The position numbers and the translations under genes were made by a program. From positions 353,731-417,730 of the forward strand of contig NMRA01000117.1 in NCBI GenBank assembly GCA_002633005.1: a DNA stretch of 64,000 nt, in the 5' to 3' direction. Positions 40,622 through 52,376 of the stretch are shown one piece after another. Source of the stretch: Phoronis australis (taxonomy: Eukaryota > Animalia > Phoronida). Each line of letters opens with the position of its first letter. Positions within the stretch are counted from its first letter, which is position 1. A model generated the notes under the pieces. The model saw only the letters and a list, made by a program, of their open reading frames with translations. It was not told the origin of the DNA and searched no databases.

Positions 40622-41589
40622 CATAGGCGGATTTAGGGGGGGGGCCGGGCCTCCAACCCCCTTGGCTGCCGCAAAAAAAATAAAACAGTAAGAGCGTAGG
40701 GAAATGTTGAATTTATTAATTAATCCCGGTAATTAAAATTATACGGATGAAAAAAGATTTAAATGCGTGCAGTTTTAGTGGGGGGGGGGGGCTCAAATCC
40801 AATTTCAAGTGTCAAATTCGGAACACGGCGCATTCGTAACAACTATTGCTAAGTATGGGCTCTCCCGCGTTATCCCAGGCGACCGGCAGTGGCGCTGCGC
40901 ACTACGACTCCGTTTCTGTTGTCTGCTCCACTGTGCAATGAAGAAAATATACTTCATTTTGTAAAGAAAATGGGACCTGAGTGATGAAAAAACAGAAGCT
41001 GCTGGTAAGATGTGAATTTTAATCGAAGCCTTAGTGAATCACTCAGAAACTCAAAATACTCTCTTTGTCAAACCTTATCTTAAGACGGTTTCCAAAGCAA
41101 TCCCTTCATTATTGCCAACACGAAAAACGGATTTGGTCTTTTGGGCATTTGAAGACTATTTTAAATACAACAAATTTGTTAAGAATCGATGGCACAAAAT
41201 ATAAAACGTGTAATAAGCATTACAAAAAGAAGTAGGTTTCACGCGCAAACGCTGTGGACCATAAACAAGTAGGTCTCTTATTATGAGATTACTAGTTAAA
41301 TCGTGGTGGTGTAGTGGTAACGCATGCGCGCTCTATGCGCCAGGTCGTGAGTTCGAGTCTTTGGTACTTGCAGTTTTTCCTGTTTGACACGTTCTCAGTG
41401 TTTTTTTGTTTTTTTTGCCTTTTTTCTTGGATAATACTTCAGGAATCAAGGAAAATGCTTGATTTTTAGAGGTAAAAACAGAAAAATTTCGGTGCTATGC
41501 GCATCTACAATCGTGGTTCAGTTTGCGCAAATGCTTACAGCCGGACAAAATGTTGGGCCCCCCCTTGTGATATCCTAGATCCGCCACTG
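40622..41589 (+). mobile_element. Non-autonomous DNA transposon with 5-bp TSD (hAT5-like)
   Basis: Ends CATAGGCGGATTTAGG / CCTAGATCCGCCACTG; TACCA duplicated on both flanks. Confidence 0.82.
41301..41365 (+). other. tRNA-like Pol III promoter segment inside a DNA transposon
   Basis: TGGTGTAGTGG ... GAGTTCGAGTC followed by T-runs; no intact acceptor or anticodon stems. Confidence 0.5.
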
Positions 41590-44371
41590 TACCATTATGA
41601 AATTGGTCTCAAACTGTTCCTCACTCAAACTGGAGGTGATTTCACGGCTTTAAAAGAAATGACAGTTCAATTTACTTGAAACAAAATCTCAACAAGGTGG
41701 CATGTCGCATGGACTTTTATATAATGTAATGATCAAACAGTAGAATTTTTAGTATGCACTGAATGTGGTCGGGTTAATTCATCGAAAAATGTGAACATGG
41801 GTCAATAGACACTGCTGGACGGAATGCTGTCGGGACACTAAAGCATCGCGTAAAATGATCTTAATTTTTAACACAACTTTCAGTAAACATGTACATTCGC
41901 TTACTTGTAAGTAAGTTACTTTTAATTAGCTTTTGCTTTCCTTTTTCTATTCAAAATTATTTCTTTGGTGGTATCTTACATGTGGATAATTTTGTCTGCT
42001 ATTTCAATATGGGGCTAGTGATTAGTCTAGAGCCAAACCACAATCAAGTGTCTGCACAGTTTGAATCTTTATATGCAAAGCATATTAGACCCATAGATGT
42101 ATAATGTGTTGTTGAACAGGCCTCCTTTCAATCAAGTCTCATTGAATACCAAACTATTTTCTGCACTCTTTAAGTTTCAGCCATAACTTCTTGTATTGCC
42201 GCGCGACAGTTTAGTCCCGCTGTCTTATTCGAACAGGAGACATCCAGCACTCGTATATACCGGTAATACCAAAAAGAATCAACTTTTTAAAATGACTACA
42301 GGCATTTATTCTCTGCATGTACTTCGACCTTTCTTGGTCATCTAAGCAGTGACTAAAATTCTAGGACTAAAATTCTAGGAAAGGCAACATAACCTACCAG
42401 GAAGGCAGGTGAGAAAACACAAAAGTAACAGTGAGATGTCAAGCAATAGGGCATAAACAAGTGTGAAACTCAATAGAGAAGACTACAGAGACACCTACAG
42501 AACAACAGCCGACACTAAAATGATTTAAGGATTCTAGTCTGACCAGTGTCTCGGTAATTTATTTAGGGATGCTCAGCTTTAATTATTTAGAGCCTCCAAG
42601 AGCTTGAGGTGATAATGGTCAGCTAACACAAAAATAGGATATTTCAAATCTGACCATTTTTAATTTTGTGTTGTTTTCTCACCTATGTCCTCCTGGTGGG
42701 CTCTGTTGCCTTTCCTTGCATTTTAGTCATTCCTTAGACAACCAAGGAAGGTCGAAGTTAAGAGAATAAATGCCTGAGGTCGTTGTCTCCTTTTGGTGCA
42801 ATATATGAGTGTTGGACGTCTCCTGTTCGAATTCGACAGTGGGACTAGACATGTTGCGTGGCAATACGAGAAGTTATTGCTGAAACCTTCAAAGGGTGCG
42901 GCAAATATTGTTGAGAATAATGTATTTCGCAGGCACCATCTGTTATCAATCACGTAGTCTTCTATCTTATTTACTGGGCATGCTCACTGTAGCCACTAAC
43001 GTATTGTAACCATGCGTTTTACTCATTAGTCGAATATACATTATCATCTAAGTGATGCCCCTCACAACAGGTTATGGACCCAGTGCTAAGGGCTGACTCT
43101 TAAGCAAAACAAGAATGTTTCAGGATATGTAATACACAGTTCACAATCTGTACAAAGACAAACATAACACCTTCCTGGCAACTCCAGAGGCAGCAACAGG
43201 CAACAAACTGCTCGACTGTAATTGGCAAGCTTACATCGTACACTCCTTGACGAGAGGTCCTCATGACTGCAACGCTGATGGTGACTGCAACAAAGCTTAC
43301 GGAATACTAAAAGGCTATTAAGACATCACGGAAAAAGCCCGCATCCTCACCCTCTATGAGGAACTGACAACCAGCATACATATGAACGATGGTGAGGATG
43401 TGACTGATTATATCATTAGAGCAGAGTGAGCCTGTGTTGTACTGAGAACACCTGGCAAAAACATCACAATCTGGTAATTGCCACGGTAATAAAGGGCCTG
43501 CCTGAGTCCTACAAGTAGTTTGTCATAGCACATACACAAATGGACAAATGCATGACTATAAGCCAACTTAAAACAGCACCGAGTAAATACGCATGGAAGC
43601 TCGCTGACAACTGGCAACACACTGCCCAGTCCAGTGCAGTGACCGTATGAAAACCAAAGTGCATAGCGTGCGGTAAACTAGGCGAGACGAGGTACGTGTA
43701 TTGACACCTTTGCAAAAATCAGGTAGAATACTCATGGAGAATGTTTTGCCAAGAAACATTTGAAGCGTTCAAGGAAGTCAAATACCTCAACAGCACTGCA
43801 TGCTTGGCCTCGGGTAGTAACCATGGAGATAACGGAAACAATCCTGATTTCGGTTTTGTTACTCTAGTGTACAACATTTCAGTGCAAAAACAAACTTAAA
43901 CTCTTAGAAAATTGCTTGGTGATGGCAACGCATTGTCCCACATGATAAACGACCTTGGATTATTTGTGTCCTATGAAACCAAGTTAACTCTGCAGGAACA
44001 TGGCTGCCACAGTTGGCTAGTGTGAAAAGAAAAACCAAATTAACAATTATTGATGCTCAGAGCACACCAAGAGGGGTCACAATACACGATGAATTGTTGA
44101 CTCCAGTTTTTCAAGGTGTCTATTTTCTGTGAGCACCACTACTGACCACGGCGGCAATGTAATGTTTGCAAAAGGGAAAGCGACGCTTAACCCAGGGAGG
44201 TATGACATTCAACATAGCCCGACGCCAAAAACTGTATACCCACCAATGCAAACAGAAAACACGCACACATGCACAACAAAGTCATTATAGAGGAATGGCA
44301 TCATGCCTTGAGACACACGAACTATGACAACATTTTGATGCATGAGAAATTTGCAGGGACATATGCTCCTC

Positions 44372-45297
44372 ACACGCAAACTAACCACTTGAAAGGGTAC
44401 ACGCAAACTAACCACTTGAAAGGGTACACGCAAACTAACCACTTGAAAGGGTACACGCAAACTAACCACTTGAAAGGGTACACGCAAACTAACCACTTGA
44501 AAGGGTACACGCAAACTAACCACTTGAAAGGGTACACGCAAACTAACCACTTGAAAGGGTACACGCAAACTAACCACTTGAAAGGGTACACGCAAACTAA
44601 CCACTTGAAAGGGTACACGCAAACTAACCACTTGAAAGGGTACACGCAAACTAACCACTTGAAAGGGTACACGCAAACTAACCACTTGAAAGGGTACACG
44701 CAAACTAACCACTTGAAAGGGTACACGCAAACTAACCACTTGAAAGGGTACACGCAAACTAACCACTTGAAAGGGTACACGCAAACTAACCACTTGAAAG
44801 GGTACACGCAAACTAACCACTTGAAAGGGTACACGCAAACTAACCACTTGAAAGGGTACACGCAAACTAACCACTTGAAAGGGTACACGCAAACTAACCA
44901 CTTGAAAGGGTACACGCAAACTAACCACTTGAAAGGGTACACGCAAACTAACCACTTGAAAGGGTACACGCAAACTAACCACTTGAAAGGGTACACGCAA
45001 ACTAACCACTTGAAAGGGTACACGCAAACTAACCACTTGAAAGGGTACACGCAAACTAACCACTTGAAAGGGTACACGCAAACTAACCACTTGAAAGGGT
45101 ACACGCAAACTAACCACTTGAAAGGGTACACGCAAACTAACCACTTGAAAGGGTACACGCAAACTAACCACTTGAAAGGGTACACGCAAACTAACCACTT
45201 GAAAGGGTACACGCAAACTAACCACTTGAAAGGGTACACGCAAACTAACCACTTGAAAGGGTACACGCAAACTAACCACTTGAAAGGGTACACGCAG
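44372..45297 (+). repeat. 27-bp minisatellite, about 34 identical copies (ACACGCAAACTAACCACTTGAAAGGGT)
   Basis: Read directly; it explains the repetitive ORFs at 44209-45398. Confidence 0.97.
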
Positions 45298-45438
45298 ATG
45301 TATGCGGCTCCATTACCGCTAAAGAAGGTTATTAATACACAATGAACTTGGTGGATGAAATTATTCGAGTGCATCATTTGTGAATTTTCTGAGATCAATG
45401 GATGAAGCTCTCATTGCCTTGAAAAGCTTCATTTCGGA

Positions 45439-46108
45439 CACTACGCTGCACACACTACACTGCACACACTACACTGCACACACTACACTGCACACACTAC
45501 ACTGCACACACTACACTGCACACACTACACTGCACACACTACACTGCACACACTACACTGCACACACTACACTGCACACACTACACTGCACACACTACAC
45601 TGCACACACTACACTGCACACACTACACTGCACACACTACACTGCACACACTACACTGCACACACTACACTGCACACACTACACTGCACACACTACACTG
45701 CACACACTACACTGCACACACTACACTGCACACACTACACTGCACACACTACACTGCACACACTACACTGCACACACTACACTGCACACACTACACTGCA
45801 CACACTACACTGCACACACTACACTGCACACACTACACTGCACACACTACACTGCACACACTACACTGCACACACTACACTGCACACACTACACTGCACA
45901 CACTACACTGCACACACTACACTGCACACACTACACTGCACACACTACACTGCACACACTACACTGCACACACTACACTGCACACACTACACTGCACACA
46001 CTACACTGCACACACTACACTGCACACACTACACTGCACACACTACACTGCACACACTACACTGCACACACTACACTGCACACACTACACTGTACACACT
46101 ACACTGTA
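45439..46108 (+). repeat. 14-bp CA-rich tandem repeat (CACTACACTGCACA)n, about 47 copies
   Basis: Read directly; it interrupts the copia integrase remnant. Confidence 0.96.
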
Positions 46109-48109
46109 CGAGAAAATATTGGAGATATACAGTTATAATGGCAGCGAATATGTGCGCGAATCTTTTTGCGTCATATTAAGCAACAATGGCATCAAATATT
46201 GAATGACTACACCTTATAAGTTAAATATATCTTATCATTGAGTACACAAGTACTTTTTCTCCACAACTTTGCATCGGTCATTTACATGATATCCATTGTA
46301 ACAGTTGTTTGTATATCTATGGTTAGACCCCTTCCCCAATCACTTATATCGAGTTGTTTTGGTCATTTGTTTTGCACGGATGTTTTGCAGTGAAATGTAC
46401 AGTGGTCGCCCGAGGCTGCATTTTTGTGTCATTTGACACAACCAAGCTGTAAAAGACACAAATTGACTCGATGAGTACATCACCTCGGACGCAACTAAGG
46501 TTGTGATAAATAAAACTAAAAGCAAATGAAAATCATTTGGTTCTTTTGTTTGGTTACCATGCCATAGTTTTTGTTCTAACAGCACCGCTAGATTGTTTCA
46601 TTTTCCAAAGCCAAATGGACAACATCGTTGCTTCGCAAGTAGGTCATCACAATATAGTTCGGAATATCCTGGTAAAATTGGTCCAATAGCGGCTTGACTC
46701 AATAACACAGTCACAAAAAGAGGTTCGAAACGAACGAATATTAGGAAAAATTAAATGTCATCTCATACTTTGCCAGTGTTTTAAAGACTTCTGGACTAAG
46801 TTTGATGGAACCAACAGATTCAAATGAACCCCAAAAAATATTGGAAGGTAGGTCCATTGGACCCCAGTTTTTGAAAGAGTAGGGCGAACGCTGAATGTAA
46901 TTATGACAATGGTAAGACAACATAGGCGTGATAGCAGACAATTTTAATGATCCAGTTGATCTGAAGTGAGTAAACATAAAGCGTAAAAGACTAATGACAG
47001 CTCTATAAATATCCCTGCTTATGGCTGTTATAAATGAAGATTTGTCATGCATGTATTTGAAATCAATTAAGTTCTATTGTACAACATACATATTTGGTAA
47101 AATCTTACCCATTTTAGACAAAAATAATTGCCAAAATTGCACTTTTCATTTTTCAGATAATTCTAACATTGTTGTGAATGTACAGAAGTATTGTCTGTTG
47201 GTAGCTATGATACAGAACTTGGACATGGCATAGCATCATTCTGGTACGCTATATCAGTTCTGAAATAGCGTTCTAAATGGGTGAGATTTTAACATAAATC
47301 ATGACGGCATGAATATCAATAAGAAACAAAGATAATTACTTCATACAATACAGTGAAACTTGCATACAATAGACTTGAAGAAGTCAGACGTGCATAACAC
47401 ATTTCTGTGATGCTGTTGTTCTTGCGCTGATTTTTTAAGAAAGCTCTATGGGCAAGTTCTTAAGTCGAATTTTCCTACAACTCAAAGGAAATGTGTACAT
47501 CATTTCCCATAAATTTCGTTTTCACCACACATTTTTACTCTCCTGCAAGCTGTAAATCTCCGTGCAAACGAATCAGATTGGTCTAGTTGCAGACACACAT
47601 CTGGCTGGAGACTGTTTCATTTTATCAAATCCAATTAAATTAAGTCAACCACACCGATTAGCGTAAAACCTGAGACAAACTAGAACATTTTCTGGAACAT
47701 ATATAAATGAGACAAATCCCAAATGGTCAGTTTTCCAGTACATGCTGTAACCTCTATAGCACAAAATTGCTGAGTATGATTGTTGCATATACCGTAACTA
47801 TTTTTCAAGATATTGCATGCAATACTACATCAGAAGAGTGGATTTTCTCCCATCAGTTTTGACTAAGGATCAAATGTCTTATGAGGTAGAACACAAGATT
47901 AACTTCAAAGCAGCAGTGTTACAAAATATGAGCACAATTCAAATCCATCAAAACATGATAAATTAGACAAGTGTAAATTTATAAATTACGCTCACTTGAT
48001 TACGTTCTTCCATTTAAGCAGTCTTTGTGCAATTTACTTGACACAATAAGGCGTTGTGGTTACATTGATGCAAATCAATGCAATTCCTGAGTCAGCCTGG
48101 GATAGCTTC

Positions 48110-48763
48110 CTAACAAGCCCAGAAACCACCCTCGATGGGTAGACAAGCACCACTCATCATCGCGGCTTTATCACTGAGCAAAAACAGCACACCGTTGACA
48201 ACATCTTGGACCTCTGCAACAAAAACACCACCAACCAACATGACTCACGATCACATGGCATTATGCTGGTTTGTAAATGAGACTGAAAAAATGCTCACTA
48301 CATTTAAAACTCTGCCCATTTTATGGTACCTTGTACTTTGTCCAATAACCCTGAGTGTCATCAAGTCCAAATATCACTACAAAGATCTTAGTTCCTTTCG
48401 TGTAGAACAGATTACCAGGTTCAACATTAACTAAACGACATTTAAAACAGCTGTTTTGACTGTTAGTGACACATGGTGTACTTCTGCTTTTCCTGGTGAA
48501 GCTTTAGTTGACCACGAATTAGTTTATATCTGTGACCATAATCAGATTGCTACTGTGAGGTATTCAATAGTGCAGACTCAAGATGGCTTTGGAGGCAACT
48601 GCAAGAGAACAATTATACTCATCAGAAAGCAAATAAACACTAAACCTGCGAAATGCCCTAATGGAATCCTGTCAGTCATTTTCTTGCACTTTTCTTCAGT
48701 TTTCCAATTTGCCTTGGACATTTCAGTCCAGACCACTGTGGGGTTGACCGAATTCACACGAAT
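48110..48763 (-). CDS. DCXR: L-xylulose reductase / dicarbonyl reductase (SDR family), last two exons only
   Basis: Exon 48763-48646 [39 protein letters not shown] and exon 48213-48110 [34 protein letters not shown], with canonical splice sites and a phase-1 junction. This resembles the DCXR C-terminus. Upstream exons were not found in the window. Confidence 0.85.
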
Positions 48764-48882
48764 CTGGAAATAAACAGAAATCAGTTAACATATTGCAAAA
48801 GGCTTTGATAGCATATGCAACATGGTGAACAACTGAAGTTTTAGTTTGTTAAATTTCTCCATAAAAATGTTAAGATAATTGC

Positions 48883-49038
48883 CAGTGGCGGATTTAGAGG
48901 GGGCCAAGAGGGCCATGGCCCCCCTAAAATTCCCCCAGATTCCATTTGGCAATTCGGCTGTGCGAATGTCTGACTGGCAAAATCCTGGCTAATACACTGC
49001 CGTGGCCCCCCTAACTAAAAATCCTGGATCCGCCCATG
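48883..49038 (+). mobile_element. Short MITE with 5-bp TSD (related TIR family)
   Basis: CAGTGGCGGATTTAG...CTGGATCCGCCCATG; ATTGC duplicated. Confidence 0.85.
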
Positions 49039-49179
49039 ATTGCTACTCTTTTTTCAACATGAATTGTATCGTACAGCTATCATAACGAGAGCAACGGAGA
49101 GTTGATATGCAGACACTATGTACATCACATACAGCACAGATACAAGGGATGATTACTATTTCAAACATCCCCACTACAG

Positions 49180-50230
49180 GGAACAATGCTTTAGAATAGC
49201 CTCTATGGGATGTATAGTCAGTAATGCTCTCTTCAAAACGAATACACCAGTTAAATTTAACAAAGATCCTGCAGAGGTCTTAGGAGATACAGCCACGGAT
49301 GCAAAAAAAATCTGCCACAAGAAAGTGCCATAATAGCCAGAGCCATACGCTAATTATCGTAAGTTGTCCTCTTCTCAATAGGAGCATACATGTCAACATT
49401 TATAATCATCCTATGCGTGGTTTAGCTGATACAGAGGTAGACGACAACAAACAAAAAGTTATAAAAACAGCCACTAGGTGGCATGCACTATGTCAAATCC
49501 ATCTGAAAACAGGAAGATGTCATTCTTCTTTAATGGAAAAATTTCATAAAAATCTGTCCAGGAACTCTAAAGATACAGAGAAAAACAGAAAAAAATAAAA
49601 TTAACTCTAAGAGGCACACTTAACGTAGACAGATTCGTCCGAAAGACATCGCCGTCCGTTATCGCTTTCGCATGAATACACAAATTCAACAAAGATCCTA
49701 CACAGGGGCTTAGGAGATACAGCCATAGACACAAAAAACATAACTATCACTTAGGAGGTGCCACAGTACTCAAAACTATAGTGAAAATTATCAGCCGTCC
49801 TCTTTCCAGTTGAAACATAATACGCCAATTTTCATAATTATCCTCAAGAATGGTTTGGCTGATAGAGGGGCAGATGCCAAAAAACAGACTTTAAAACAGT
49901 AAAAAAATGCCCACTAGGTGTGCCAAATATGTTAAATTCATCCAAAAACACGGAAGCTGGCGTCATGCCGCTAACAGGTTCCCAGTTGCAAAATACACGA
50001 AAATCCGTAAAGTAACTCAGAAGATACACAGGCACATATAAAAAACTGAAACTGCAGGTAGGGAGCACACCTTTTATCGGATCTGTCCAAAAACTCGCTC
50101 ATTATCGGCAAAATTTCATGCGCATACATTCAGGGATTTGGAGATACAGCAGTGGACACTGGACAGAACCCTGGCAGCAGTCGGACGCTGTATGGAAGGA
50201 CGGCAGACTGACAGAAATGACGGCATAATG
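49180..50230 (-). repeat. Diverged copy of the same Helentron-like repeat family
   Basis: Recurrent GGAGATACAGC, CCACTAGGTG and AATTTCAT motifs plus a GACGG/GACAG microsatellite remnant. Related stretches at about 32080-32850 (-) and 14610-15130 (+). Confidence 0.55.
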
Positions 50231-50945
50231 AGCTCACATATAAAAATGTGGGCACATAAAAAGATAAAAATTTAGGTGTAATGAAAAAGTAACAAGTCTT
50301 AAATGAAAAATTGATAATTGGCAATTCTTTTTGAGCAAAATTGATGAATGGGGTTCTATGACAATAATGACAATATATCTTGATCAATGAAAGAACATTG
50401 GAATTGGGCCTGTTACTTACTGTGCGAAATGCATCAGGGTACCAGTGATGTTTATGGAAATTGCAAAGATCCAGTTTGCTTAAGAATGAGGTCAGCCCTC
50501 TCCAATTTGGACCAGTCTCTAAAATTTTGGACATTTATATTCATGCAGAAACTGGATTTTCTTCATTCTGGAGATTGAGATATGAGCAAATTTTGGTGTT
50601 CATATTTTTTTCAAATTTTGGATAATATATTCTGTATAAACGGAGTCTGTAAAAGACTTAGTAGTTAATAAAATCGGACAACCTGTTGTAAATACTGGTC
50701 AAATGCAACCTTACATAGCACTGAAATACTGTAACCTGTAATTGGTTTTGATTATATTAATGTTAAACTACTTATTATCAGACAGTGATAACAATGACTA
50801 TGCACGAGTAAAACTTTTTGTCAGAAAGTGGCTTGTGCACCATAGCAGAACTATGCAAGAAAATAAACATGTGGATCATGCTGAATCACAAATGTTTAAC
50901 TGTTGGACACAGTAGAATAGGAATTGTATAAAAACAATACATTAT

Positions 50946-51101
50946 CAAGGGCGGATACAGGATTTTTAGTCAGGGGGGCAGGGCTAATTATTAGCCAGGA
51001 TTTTGCCCGTCAGACATTCACATCCCCGAACTGCCAAATGGAATCTGGAAAAGTTTTAATCGGGCCATGGCTCCCTTGGCCCCAATCTAAATCCGCTTCT
51101 G
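50946..51101 (-). mobile_element. Short MITE, inverted copy of 48883-49038
   Basis: CAAGGGCGGATACAGG...CTAAATCCGCTTCTG; ATTAT duplicated; internal TGCCAAATGGAATCTGG is the reverse complement of the 48883 copy. Confidence 0.85.
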
Positions 51102-51661
51102 ATTATTGAATGACATTAGAAATCCTTTGTAGTGTTTAGTCCTTTCTGGTACATTATGAGCCACAGTAGCGAAATAAATATGACGTCCATAAACTTAACA
51201 CTGTAAAGTGTCTAACGGATGACACATCAGAGAACATGTTGAATGAAAAGGTTAATTTTCAGAAGATAAATGCACCAAATGACCCCATGACTGCACCAAA
51301 TGACTTGAAATTTTGGAATTAGAAGAACTCAATTACATGTACCAATCAGACATGTGAAATTGAAGCGCCTAGCTCAAAAACCTAAGTTTGCACTCAATGA
51401 CCTTCGGCCTATTTAATCTGATAACCCAATTACTTAGAAAAGTAATGCACTTAATTGGCATGTAGACTTACATCTGTGTACTGAAACCGAAGAGAATTCT
51501 TAGAAAAATGTAGGAGAAACAACATTTTGAAAATTAGATCATCTTGGTGTCCAGGCCTGTAGGAAGGTAAAGATTATTGCTCAACAAGCCAAAGAGTTCT
51601 TCAAATACAGACTGACTTCCAGTCATGTAACTTAATTGTTTATACTTTGAGACCATTGACC

Positions 51662-51732
51662 CTGGGTATGATGCGAAATTCATTAAAGCCTCAAGAACTC
51701 TCACTTATGCTTGCTGCTCATTCTGAACCCAG
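51662..51732 (+). ncRNA. Candidate box C/D snoRNA-like sequence
   Basis: Terminal stem CTGGGT/ACCCAG enclosing ATGATGC (near-consensus box C) and CTGA (box D), 71 nt. No target or host gene established. Confidence 0.25.
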
Positions 51733-52259
51733 TTGTTGCAAATTTTGACTTAAAGCTGCATTTTGCCCCTTTTAGCTGGCAAAACAAACATCTTTTACCG
51801 TCACAAAATTGTTCTCGTAATATTCCTTAGCACGATAGTATTTTATTCACAGCCAATGCTTACTTTTGCCATTTTTTAATTGAATTCGTAATTGGTTTAC
51901 ATGTTAATGGAAATAGAATCTTGTCATGGTAACGAATATTGCCAGACCGATTTTATGAGATTAAAAGACCTAACTTTAATTTCATTTTTAGCCAGTTAAC
52001 AAGACAAAATACAGCTTTACATTCTGCAATCATTACCAATTTCACAGGTATACTTTGCTAATTGTATCTTGGCAATTTTCTGCCAATTGCGGAATGGTTA
52101 CTCTATTGCAGAATTTTTTGTTTTCTTTCTTGGTTTTGTTTCTTTGTTGGCATGAAGTGGGCCAAATTTTTTATCACATATGTAATTAAATTGAAATTTG
52201 AAGGTAATACCATGTGTTACAAAATAAGACATGCTGACACATGACTTCTTGTTCTCTAA

Positions 52260-52376
52260 GATTGTGGTACTGTAAAAGGTGGTACACAGTAGCCGCCAGA
52301 TTGTGGTACTGTAAAAGGTGGTACACAGTAGCCGCCAGATTGTGGTACTGTAAAAGGTGGTACACAGTAGCCGCCA
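52260..52376 (+). repeat. 39-bp tandem repeat x3
   Basis: Unit GATTGTGGTACTGTAAAAGGTGGTACACAGTAGCCGCCA. Confidence 0.93.

Larger units (their letters stand above)
42909..46220 (+). mobile_element. Degraded, 3'-truncated Ty1/copia LTR retrotransposon
   Basis: 5' LTR TGTTG...CAACA (42909-43069) directly followed by copia-type PBS GGTTATGGACCCAG. Gag remnants (EDVTDYIIRAE, VIKGLPESY), Cys knuckle remnants, protease-like ..DGNALSHMIND, pre-integrase EEWHHALRHTN, integrase PLERVHADVCGSI, FLRSMDEALIALKSFISD and YNGSEY...NNGIKY*MTTPY. Many stops and frameshifts; no RT or 3' LTR seen. Confidence 0.88.

Noticed and set aside
44209-46138. Long ORFs of 252-358 aa (YTQTNHLKG, VVSLRVPFQ, HTTLHTLHC repeats)
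   Set aside because: Artefacts of stop-free tandem repeats inside a dead copia element.
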